Shown one piece after another: positions 9,854-18,023 of a DNA stretch of 64,000 nt (position 1 is its first letter; the number at the start of each line of letters is the position of its first letter). Source of the DNA: a bacterium (GTDB lineage Bacteria; UBP14; UBA6098; B30-G16); assembly GCA_021162205.1 (NCBI GenBank), contig JAGGZE010000079.1:29189-93188 (forward strand), given 5' to 3'. The notes below the pieces were generated by a model. It was not told the DNA's origin and ran no database searches. It worked only from the letters and a program-made list of their open reading frames with translations. Position numbers and translations under genes: made by a program.

Positions 9854-10054
9854 ATGTGTGAAGAGATATGCAATGAATGTGGCAGAAGCGTGAAATTTGG
9901 CTCCGGACTTTTCGTCAATAGGGTCGTTAGCTTGAATGATGTAGAGACGCGAATTGAAATGGACAAGCCATTTCCAGAAGGCGATTTCATCTGCCCTGAG
10001 TGTGAAATATTAATACAAGAAATCTCCCGTTCATGGGGTCATAAAAAATGTTAG
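9854..10054 (+). CDS. Small zinc-ribbon protein (66 aa, CNEC...CPEC)
   Basis: MCEEICNECGRSVKFG...DFICPECEIL has two CxxC pairs. It sits at the left edge of the compositionally atypical island. Confidence 0.45.
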   Translation: MCEEICNECGRSVKFGSGLFVNRVVSLNDVETRIEMDKPFPEGDFICPECEILIQEISRSWGHKKC

Positions 10055-10175
10055 AGATAAAGGAATCGCAAACAGAAGATATGTTTATCACTCAATCGAA
10101 TTAAGTGAGTAAATATGGATAGTTTTATGAATACCCTATATTACGGCAAAAACCAGAAAAATATTGGAGAATAAA

Positions 10176-10919
10176 ATGGCAATAACAGAAGTCCTAATCG
10201 AAACTGAGAATCAAGAGATTTTAATAAAATTACCAATAACCAGACCTACTGGAAAAGTACGAGTCAAAAGGAGGGAGAGAGGTTTTGGAGAACCAGTTGC
10301 AACCAGACAATATCCAATGTTAGATTCTGATTACATTGAATGGCAGATAGGTTATGATACAAATAAAATTGAAAAACCCACTGTCGTCCGTGAATTGATT
10401 GTTCCTAAAACAAATGAAACAAGATATGGATATGAATTATCTAAAATTATCTGGGACGCAAGGAGAATTGGAATTTTGAATGATGATGATTTTGACGAGC
10501 TTGATAAATTCATTAATAATATAAATAATACAGATACACTCGAGGAAAATGAAGAAATTGTTTTACAAAAAACAAACACGGAGGTTTTGGGCGGATTTAT
10601 AAAAGCAATTCAAAAGGTTCCTGTGTTTATTAAGAATAATGGTGAATATTTTGTGGAGATAAAATTAGAGCATAAACAAAGAGCAGTTGGCCTTCAGGCA
10701 ATGATATATTTATGTATTTGGCTCAGATATTGCGAAGATGATGCTGGCAATCAAATTCTGAATAGGAACGCAGAAATGAAAGAAATGTGCACCTACAAAA
10801 TAGATATATCGAAAAAGGATTTGATAAAAGATGTAATAAAAGCATTCGCTATCGCTTCACAAAAACATAAGCGTGATATTGGATTAATTGTGCAACAAGT
10901 GAGGGAAAAATGCAGCTAA
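10176..10919 (+). CDS. Hypothetical protein; candidate restriction endonuclease partner of the downstream methyltransferase (context only)
   Basis: RBS ggaga 5 nt upstream. The stop overlaps the start of the MTase gene by 10 nt (translational coupling). CpG-poor foreign composition. Possible ExK element GEYFVEIKLE. No recognisable family. Confidence 0.45.
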   Translation: MAITEVLIETENQEILIKLPITRPTGKVRVKRRERGFGEPVATRQYPMLDSDYIEWQIGYDTNKIEKPTVVRELIVPKTNETRYGYELSKIIWDARRIGILNDDDFDELDKFINNINNTDTLEENEEIVLQKTNTEVLGGFIKAIQKVPVFIKNNGEYFVEIKLEHKQRAVGLQAMIYLCIWLRYCEDDAGNQILNRNAEMKEMCTYKIDISKKDLIKDVIKAFAIASQKHKRDIGLIVQQVREKCS

Positions 10920-12385
10920 AGACGGAATATAATTCCCAGCAAAGCACAAGACACTTCAGACACAAGGAGAAAATACTTGGGCAATTCTGGACACCCTATG
11001 AGATTGCCGAGTTTATAGTCAGGCTTTGCACAAAATTCGTTAGCGGAAACGAATTTGCGATGGACCCAGCTTGCGGGGATGGTGTTTTTCTTGAAAGCGC
11101 AAAAAATGTTGGATTTGAAAAGATTATAGGCATAGACATAGACGATTCTGTTTTGGCTCATGCAAATAATGAATTTAAAAAAAATATTATTATCGCTGAT
11201 GCCTTGAAAATGAAGGAATTTGATAATTCTGCTGATCTGGTAGTAGGTAATCCACCATTTTCTTCAAAATATGGGAAGCTTGTTGAAAAGCAAATACTGA
11301 GAAAATATGATATTTCAAGAGGAAAAAAAGCACAGAGTTTGGAAATTTTATTCCTTGAGAAATTCATTCGTCTTGCTAAAAAAGATGGGATGATTGGAAT
11401 AATTCTTCCAATGGGCATATTTGCAAATACAAATCTTGGATATGTCCGAGACTACATTCTGAAAAATATTCAATTGGAAGTCCTCATTTCTCTTCCAAGA
11501 AGTATTTTCCGAAGCTTGCATGTAAAAACTACTTCAAAAACGATTGTTATGATAGGAAAGAGAAATAATGGGGGGCATAAGGGGAAAGTCCTAATGAGTA
11601 TCCTAAGTGATATTTCTCAATTACATAAATCCAGCATAGATGATTTAGGTGGTGAATTTGTCGAATTAGAAGACAATGTTTTATATCCTGAATACTATCT
11701 CAATAGATTAAAGCTCAAAGCGGATTTCCGACTCGACGAAATTGTTGAAATGAAAAATGGCTATGCTGAATATGGGGAAAAGAGAAAATTTGGTGCAAAC
11801 GGGAAACATTTGATTACTGCAAAGAATGTGACCAGATATGGAATAGACTACAATAGATCAAAAAAGATTGTTACACCTGGCTCTTCTATGGATAGGGAAA
11901 GCGCATATGTATTTGTCGAGGATATTGTCTTTGTCAGGGTGGGTGAAGGATGCATGGGGCGAGCTGCAGTAATTGCAGAAAAGGAGGATGAAGGAATAGC
12001 AGATGATTGGATTTACATTTTAAGAAAAGCTGGACTATTCAGCAATGATATTAGCCCATATTACATAGCCCTTTATCTGCAAACTCCTTTAATCCAAAAG
12101 GAAATTAGAAGTTTATCAAGGGGTGTGGGCACTCCTACAATACCCAGAAGAGAACTGGCAAAAATTCCCATGTTAATAGATAATGAACTTAACGAAAAAG
12201 CTGAAGAAATATATAAAAGAATTCGTTTGTTATACAAAAACGGGAAGAAAAATGAAGCTGAATCATTGCTAACCCAATCATTAAAGAATATTGAGCGAAT
12301 AATATTACAGCAATCATCTTTGGTGAACGAGCAAAAAGAATTCCCGAATTCCCAAGCTCTTCTCTCAACGATACGATTGATATAA
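10910..12385 (+). CDS. N6-adenine DNA methyltransferase, gamma-class (TaqI/Eco57I-like) with fused C-terminal target-recognition domain
   Basis: Motif X GQFWTPYEIAEF, motif I MDPACGDGVF, motif IV VVGNPPF and FLEKFIRLAKKDGMIGIILP are present. A roughly 250-aa C-terminal TRD-like region follows. 491 aa. Confidence 0.8.
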   Translation: MQLKTEYNSQQSTRHFRHKEKILGQFWTPYEIAEFIVRLCTKFVSGNEFAMDPACGDGVFLESAKNVGFEKIIGIDIDDSVLAHANNEFKKNIIIADALKMKEFDNSADLVVGNPPFSSKYGKLVEKQILRKYDISRGKKAQSLEILFLEKFIRLAKKDGMIGIILPMGIFANTNLGYVRDYILKNIQLEVLISLPRSIFRSLHVKTTSKTIVMIGKRNNGGHKGKVLMSILSDISQLHKSSIDDLGGEFVELEDNVLYPEYYLNRLKLKADFRLDEIVEMKNGYAEYGEKRKFGANGKHLITAKNVTRYGIDYNRSKKIVTPGSSMDRESAYVFVEDIVFVRVGEGCMGRAAVIAEKEDEGIADDWIYILRKAGLFSNDISPYYIALYLQTPLIQKEIRSLSRGVGTPTIPRRELAKIPMLIDNELNEKAEEIYKRIRLLYKNGKKNEAESLLTQSLKNIERIILQQSSLVNEQKEFPNSQALLSTIRLI

Positions 12386-12709
12386 TAAGCCAAAAGGATA
12401 AAAAGCGAGCATTAGAGGTTGCAGCTTTCTATATTGACCTATTCGATTCTATTTCAAATGTATCCAAAGTCATTAAGACGGGTGGCTATGCCTGTTATGT
12501 AATCGCAAACAGAAAAGTAAAAAACACAACTCTCCCAACCGATAGCGCAATTCGAGATTTCTTTGAATATTTTGGATTCCAGCACATCGATACATTCGAG
12601 CGTTCGATTCCAAACAAGCGAATGGCATTGCGAAATAGTCCTTCAAATATTCCAGGTGAAGTGGATAATACGATGGTAAAAGAATTTATTATCGTTATGA
12701 AAAAAATAT
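12293..12709 (+). pseudogene. Start-less ORF resembling an internal/C-terminal fragment of a second DNA methyltransferase (remnant)
   Basis: The +2 frame is open for 139 codons, overlapping the 3' end of the MTase gene, with no ATG/GTG/TTG start until codon about 110. ...FYIDLFDSISNVSKVIKTGGYACYVIANRKV... parallels the FxExxxxxLKxGGxxxxVxP post-motif-IV segment of gamma-class MTases. Confidence 0.25.
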
Positions 12710-12782
12710 AATCGTCAAATCGACCTTGTCAAATTTCATTTTTTTATTATTTTTCATAAAATTTAATTCAGGAATTAACATT

Positions 12783-13262
12783 ATGAAAGTTCTCGGAATA
12801 GACCCTGGCACAAGAATATTGGGCTGGTGCGTAGTCGATGGCAACAGGCGGATGCAGAAATTTATCGCCGGCGGAATATATCGTGTCGGTGCGAAAAAAA
12901 CCGAGCGCGGACTTTTGAAAATTTACGATGCGGTTTCTGAACTTATCGAGAAATTCTCTCCCGATATTCTCGTGCTCGAAAGTCCTTTTTTCGGGATGAA
13001 TGCTCGCACACTGATTCGTCTCGGTGAGGCACGAGGTGCGATTTTAGTCGCTGGTTCACACAGAGATATTCCTATCGAAAGTATATCTCCCGCCGAGGCG
13101 AAACTCGCTCTCACGGGCAATGGCAATGCCACAAAAGAACAGGTAGCATATATGGTGAAAAATATTCTGAAACCCGATATGGAACTTACTCTCGATGCCT
13201 CCGATGCCGCCGCTGTGGCGATAGCGTATCTTCATAGAAAAGAATTCGATTTACGAACATAG
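12783..13262 (+). CDS. ruvC: Crossover junction endodeoxyribonuclease RuvC
   Basis: MKVLGIDPGTRILGWCVV... LVLESPFFGMNARTLIRLGEARGAIL matches the RuvC catalytic core. 159 aa. Confidence 0.9.
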   Translation: MKVLGIDPGTRILGWCVVDGNRRMQKFIAGGIYRVGAKKTERGLLKIYDAVSELIEKFSPDILVLESPFFGMNARTLIRLGEARGAILVAGSHRDIPIESISPAEAKLALTGNGNATKEQVAYMVKNILKPDMELTLDASDAAAVAIAYLHRKEFDLRT

Positions 13263-13310
13263 TCGGCGATTATGCTTGACTTTCAGCATTTCAGTCCGAT
13301 TTTTATACCT

Positions 13311-14342
13311 ATGAAACATTCGATTTTCACAATTATTTTAATTTTAGCCGTTTTATTCATCGGTTGTTCGAATTTCAAATCCGAGGCAATCGGTAGTTTC
13401 AATTCTGTCTATGCTTTCGCCGACGATGAAGAACTCGATTTAGTCGAAGAGCCACTCGAAATCGCTATCGCACAACCGATAATCACACCTCGTCCGGAAA
13501 GATTATTTAGAATATTCTGGGGCGATACAACAAATTTCGATAATGCCACGAAACATCATATCGTTCTCGTTGCGGCATCTTTCGAGTCGCCGGGACATTT
13601 CGGAGCACTTGTAAGAATGTCGCTTTCCAAAGCCGCTTACGACAGCGTAATGACAGGCAAATACAATATTTTTGTCAAGCATAATCCGTGGTCGAAAAAC
13701 CAAATTCTTGTGATTTTAACCGCTCCGACAGCCGACCAGTTGCGAGCATATATTTTAACTCACACCGATGAAATATTCGACCAGATTAACGATTATACCG
13801 ATGAACATGTTGCCCAATGGATATTCAGCAAATTTCAAGGGAAAAGCGAAAAGTTCGATATCGAGAAAAAAATCGCCGACGATTATGGTTTCAAAATTCG
13901 AGTTCCGCGGATGTTCGATTGGGAAAAAGGCACAGCAGAAAAGCATTTCCTTTGGCTGCGAGCGCTCGAACCCGAACGATGGGTTTTTGTCTATTGGACA
14001 CTGCCAGATTCTGCGATGAAGGGCAAAATATCGTTGAAATGGCTGGTTCACACGAGAGATAGTCTCTGTGCAATATATTACGAGGGCGATTCGATTGTCG
14101 ATGGCACATTGACCTATGAGCATACGAATTTCCATAACATTCCTGCGATAAAATATCGTGCGAGATGGAAAAATCGGAAAGCGGTTGCCGGTGGTCCTGT
14201 GGTCGGTTATATTTTCGATGACACATTGCACAATCGGCGATACATTCTCGATGGCGCGGTTTTTGCACCGGGAATCCGCAAAGAACCGTATTTAAGGCAT
14301 TGCGAGGTAATAATGCGTTCGTTCGATTTCGATACATTATGA
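13311..14342 (+). CDS. Lipoprotein, DUF4837-like
   Basis: Lipobox LFIGCS. About 340 aa with an architecture recalled for the Bacteroidota DUF4837 lipoprotein family. The call is from memory. Confidence 0.4.
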   Translation: MKHSIFTIILILAVLFIGCSNFKSEAIGSFNSVYAFADDEELDLVEEPLEIAIAQPIITPRPERLFRIFWGDTTNFDNATKHHIVLVAASFESPGHFGALVRMSLSKAAYDSVMTGKYNIFVKHNPWSKNQILVILTAPTADQLRAYILTHTDEIFDQINDYTDEHVAQWIFSKFQGKSEKFDIEKKIADDYGFKIRVPRMFDWEKGTAEKHFLWLRALEPERWVFVYWTLPDSAMKGKISLKWLVHTRDSLCAIYYEGDSIVDGTLTYEHTNFHNIPAIKYRARWKNRKAVAGGPVVGYIFDDTLHNRRYILDGAVFAPGIRKEPYLRHCEVIMRSFDFDTL

Positions 14343-15148
14343 AAAGAAAAACAGCAATAATTCTTTCGATAATATGGGTGATTCTTGCAATCGGGATTTT
14401 TGCAGGATTTTATTTACACAAATCATCTACGAATAAAAATGCACTCACTCCTGCAAAATATACCTATCGAGTTGTCGAGATATTTCCTCACGATACATCG
14501 GCATTCACGCAGGGTTTGGAATTTTACGATGGCTATCTATACGAAAGCACAGGGCTTAATGGTAGTTCGTCATTGCGCAAGGTCGAACTCGAAACAGGTA
14601 AAGTCGTTCAGCGATACGATATCCCGCAGAAATATTTCGGCGAGGGAATCACTATATGGCAGGATAAAATAATTCAATCGACCTGGCGTTCGCATATCGG
14701 TTTTATCTATGATAGAGATACTTTTAAACCCATCGGTGAATTTCACTATTCCACAGAGGGTTGGGGACTCACTCACGACAGGGGAAAAATCATTATGAGC
14801 GATGGCACATCTACACTACATTTTCTCGACCCGAATAGTTTGCGGGAAATCGGCAGTGTTAATGTATTCGATGACACAGGTTCGGTGAAATATCTCAATG
14901 AACTGGAATATATCGATGGCAAAATTTATGCAAATATCTGGAGGACATATAAAATTGCGATAATCGAACCCAAGACAGGACAGGTTGTTTCGTATATCGA
15001 CCTTACAGGGATTTTGCCCGATTCGGTTCGCACTGGATACGAGGATGTTCTCAATGGTATCGCTTATGATAAAATTAGAGGACGGCTTTTTGTTACGGGG
15101 AAAAAATGGGGAAATATGTTCGGAATCGAATTGAAACAGGTGAAATAG
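14339..15148 (+). CDS. Glutaminyl-peptide cyclotransferase (plant/bacterial-type, beta-propeller QC)
   Basis: YRVVEIFPHDTSAFTQGLEFYDGYLYESTGLNGSSSLRKVELETGKV...FGEGITIW...STEGWGLTHD are hallmark motifs of PF05096. The ATG overlaps the upstream stop (ATGA). Confidence 0.8.
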   Translation: MKRKTAIILSIIWVILAIGIFAGFYLHKSSTNKNALTPAKYTYRVVEIFPHDTSAFTQGLEFYDGYLYESTGLNGSSSLRKVELETGKVVQRYDIPQKYFGEGITIWQDKIIQSTWRSHIGFIYDRDTFKPIGEFHYSTEGWGLTHDRGKIIMSDGTSTLHFLDPNSLREIGSVNVFDDTGSVKYLNELEYIDGKIYANIWRTYKIAIIEPKTGQVVSYIDLTGILPDSVRTGYEDVLNGIAYDKIRGRLFVTGKKWGNMFGIELKQVK

Positions 15149-15264
15149 AAAAATCAACCGAATAAATTAGCGTGTATTCGATTTTGAAATATGCAGTGTT
15201 TAATTTTAAACTTCATTTGACATTTTGGCTTTGAACTTTGAACTTTGCCATTTATTATTATTCT

Positions 15265-16452
15265 ATGAAATTCGATTTTGGACTTTTCGCAATAGCATTG
15301 GCACTTTCGCTCATCGGGATTGTGATTATCTATTCCGCTGTTGTCGGAACAGGTCTCGAGATGTTATATCTCCGCCAGTCGGCATTTTTGCTTATTGGAA
15401 TCGGCGTGATGTTTTTCCTTTGGCGGATTCCTGTTAGAATCCACGATGGACTCGCTTATGTCTATTACATCTCGATTATAATTCTGCTCGCTCTGACATT
15501 GTTTCAGGGCGCCGATGTCAAAAGATGGCTCGGTATAGGGATGTTCAAATTGCAACCGTCTGAATTTTCAAAATTGATTATGGTGTTTGCACTCGGCAGA
15601 TGGCTTCGAGACCATCTTAAAGATGTCGATTCGATTTTTATAATCATGGCTTCGATTTTTTTGATAATCCCGCCGTTTTTCCTCGTAGTTCGCGAACCCG
15701 ACCTCGGCACAGGAATCGTCTTTTCGGTGTTGCTTTTTGTGATGCTCTATGCCGCAGGAACTCGTCCGCTATATCTTTTTCTGCTTCTGACACCACTTCT
15801 TGCGATGGTCAGTGCAGTCCACTGGATTGTTTGGCTTGTGTATTTCCTGATTCTGATATTTATCCTTATCCGATGGCGAGTGTCCCCCGGATTATTCATC
15901 GGTGTTATAATTATAGCGATTTTCATCGGCGTATCTACACCGTATGTCTGGTCGAAACTACATCCATATCAGCGTGAGCGAATTATGGTATTTCTAAATC
16001 CTCATCACGACCCATTCGGTGCGGGTTATCAGTTGATTCAATCGAAAATCGCAATCGGTTCGGGTGGAATACTCGGCAAGGGTTTGCTCGAAGGCACACA
16101 GACAAAACTGGCATTTTTACCCGCTAAACATTCCGATTTTGCATTTTCGGTGCTCGGTGAACAGTTCGGTTTCATCGGAACAATCGTTCTACTGTTTCTA
16201 TTCTGGTTGCTGTTGATGAAAATTCTCGCACTATCACGGCTGGCAAGAACACCGTTCGCATCGATTGTTACGATGGGAATAGCGGGTATAATATTTTTTC
16301 AAGTTTTCATCAATATTGCAATGACATTAGGTCTCGCACCGATTACGGGGATTCCGCTGCCATTTATATCCGCTGGTGGGTCGTCGCTGATTTTATTCTG
16401 GGCGATGGTCGGTGTTCTACAAAATATCCGCTCACAGATTGTAGAAATATAA
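15265..16452 (+). CDS. SEDS-family peptidoglycan glycosyltransferase (RodA/FtsW)
   Basis: Ten TM segments. GAGYQLIQSKIAIGSGGILGKGL and FAFSVLGEQFGFIGTIVLL are SEDS signatures. No mrdA or ftsI is adjacent, so the RodA-versus-FtsW assignment is open. Confidence 0.8.
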   Translation: MKFDFGLFAIALALSLIGIVIIYSAVVGTGLEMLYLRQSAFLLIGIGVMFFLWRIPVRIHDGLAYVYYISIIILLALTLFQGADVKRWLGIGMFKLQPSEFSKLIMVFALGRWLRDHLKDVDSIFIIMASIFLIIPPFFLVVREPDLGTGIVFSVLLFVMLYAAGTRPLYLFLLLTPLLAMVSAVHWIVWLVYFLILIFILIRWRVSPGLFIGVIIIAIFIGVSTPYVWSKLHPYQRERIMVFLNPHHDPFGAGYQLIQSKIAIGSGGILGKGLLEGTQTKLAFLPAKHSDFAFSVLGEQFGFIGTIVLLFLFWLLLMKILALSRLARTPFASIVTMGIAGIIFFQVFINIAMTLGLAPITGIPLPFISAGGSSLILFWAMVGVLQNIRSQIVEI

Positions 16453-16490
16453 ACGATTTATCTAATATGTGAGATTAAACTAATTATTGT

Positions 16491-16859
16491 TTAATCATTT
16501 TCTTTTGGATTTGTTCCATAATCATTTTCACCTGATTCGCTATCGGTGCACATCAGAACCAGCAGCCAAATAGGACCGATAAAAGGAATCAATGAAATAA
16601 GTATAAACCAACCGCTTTTGCCGATATCGTGTAATCTTCTGACCGAAACCGCTAAACCGGGTATAAAAACCGCTAAACAATATAATAGATATATTGGACC
16701 ATATCCAACATTTTCAATGGCTATTCCAATAATATTATCGAGTATCATTGCAACAAAAGAAAAAATTATATTGAATAAAACAAACATCCAATATTCTTTT
16801 CGTCTCGCTCGCCCACTGAATACGGCATAATTCTTTAATACTTTTACATACCAACTCAT
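16491..16859 (-). CDS. DUF805 family inner-membrane protein (YhaH-like)
   Basis: RRKEYWMF ... VRRLHDIGKSGWFILISLIPFIGPIWLLVL ... NDYGTNP matches DUF805. Confidence 0.8.
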   Translation of the reverse strand: MSWYVKVLKNYAVFSGRARRKEYWMFVLFNIIFSFVAMILDNIIGIAIENVGYGPIYLLYCLAVFIPGLAVSVRRLHDIGKSGWFILISLIPFIGPIWLLVLMCTDSESGENDYGTNPKEND

Positions 16860-17020
16860 AGTTTTCCTCCTTTTAATTTTGAATTCTAGGTCATTATATC
16901 GATAAAATTCACAATGTCAAATGAATTTTAAAAATATAATTGCGAATTTTTGTCTTGGAAATTGAATTTGCATCGATTAAATATATACTTGGAAATTGAA
17001 ATCTCGATTAGGAGGCAAAA

Positions 17021-17851
17021 ATGCTCGAAATTCGCAAACAACTCGATGAAACAATACCGTTAATCCGCAAATATTATCGAGGGACACCCAAAATCGGTAT
17101 AATACTCGGCACAGGTCTCGGCAAAGTCGTAGAATCTATCGATGTCGAGACAGAAATACATTACGAGAAAATTCCACATTTCGCTGTTTCCACTGTCGAA
17201 AGTCACGCGGGGAAACTTATTTTCGGGACACTTGCAAGTGTGCCTGTTATGGCGATGCAGGGAAGATTCCACTACTACGAGGGCTGGACTATGAAGCAAA
17301 TCACATATCCTGTGCGAGTGATGAAGGCGCTGGGAATAAATATTTTGCTCGTGTCCAACGCTGCGGGTGCGCTAAATCCATTGTTTCGCCCGGGCGATAT
17401 TATGCTCATCACAGACCATATCAATCTCATCGGCGACAATCCACTAATAGGCCGAAATGACGACACACTGGGACCGCGTTTCCCCGATATGTCCGATGCC
17501 TACACGAAAGAATTTCGTGATATAGCCGAGAAAACCGCTCTCGAAATCGGCATCAGACTTGTGCAGGGAGTTTATGTCCCCGTATCTGGACCGAATCTCG
17601 AAACACCCGCCGAATATCGCTATTTGCGGACAATCGGTGGCGATGCTGTCGGAATGTCCACAGCTCCAGAGGTTATTGTCGCCGTGCATTCGGGAATGAA
17701 AACGCTGGGATTTTCGATTATCACAGATATGTGCCTTCCAGATGCTATCGAGCCCGTAACACTTGCGGAAATTCTATCGACAGCGGCTACAGCGGATATG
17801 AAAATGGCGACTCTTGTGAAAGCTATTCTGCCGAAAATAGTGGATATGTAG
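17021..17851 (+). CDS. Purine nucleoside phosphorylase (PNP family 2, PunA-like)
   Basis: GIILGTGLG, MQGRFHYYEGW and GMSTAPEVIVA are present. AGGAGG RBS. Confidence 0.8.
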   Translation: MLEIRKQLDETIPLIRKYYRGTPKIGIILGTGLGKVVESIDVETEIHYEKIPHFAVSTVESHAGKLIFGTLASVPVMAMQGRFHYYEGWTMKQITYPVRVMKALGINILLVSNAAGALNPLFRPGDIMLITDHINLIGDNPLIGRNDDTLGPRFPDMSDAYTKEFRDIAEKTALEIGIRLVQGVYVPVSGPNLETPAEYRYLRTIGGDAVGMSTAPEVIVAVHSGMKTLGFSIITDMCLPDAIEPVTLAEILSTAATADMKMATLVKAILPKIVDM

Positions 17852-18023
17852 GAGGCATCTCCTGATGCCGATTTATCCCGATGCCGATTACACAATTATA
17901 TCAAGGTCAGGAGACCTCTCCTACACAAAACAAACGATATAAAAAAGGGCAGCGATACCAAAATCACTGCCCCAATTTTTTCTATATTATTGTTTTGGAA
18001 TATCCGCTATTTCTATTCCCCGA

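Noticed and set aside
12595-12615. GTTCGATTCC string resembling a tRNA T-loop
   Set aside because: The flanks cannot form a T-stem or acceptor stem. It lies inside the MTase-remnant ORF, so it is a coincidence.
13755-14337. Several 80-160-aa ORFs on both strands
   Set aside because: All lie inside the DUF4837-like lipoprotein gene in alternative frames. The CpG-rich sequence generates long spurious ORFs.
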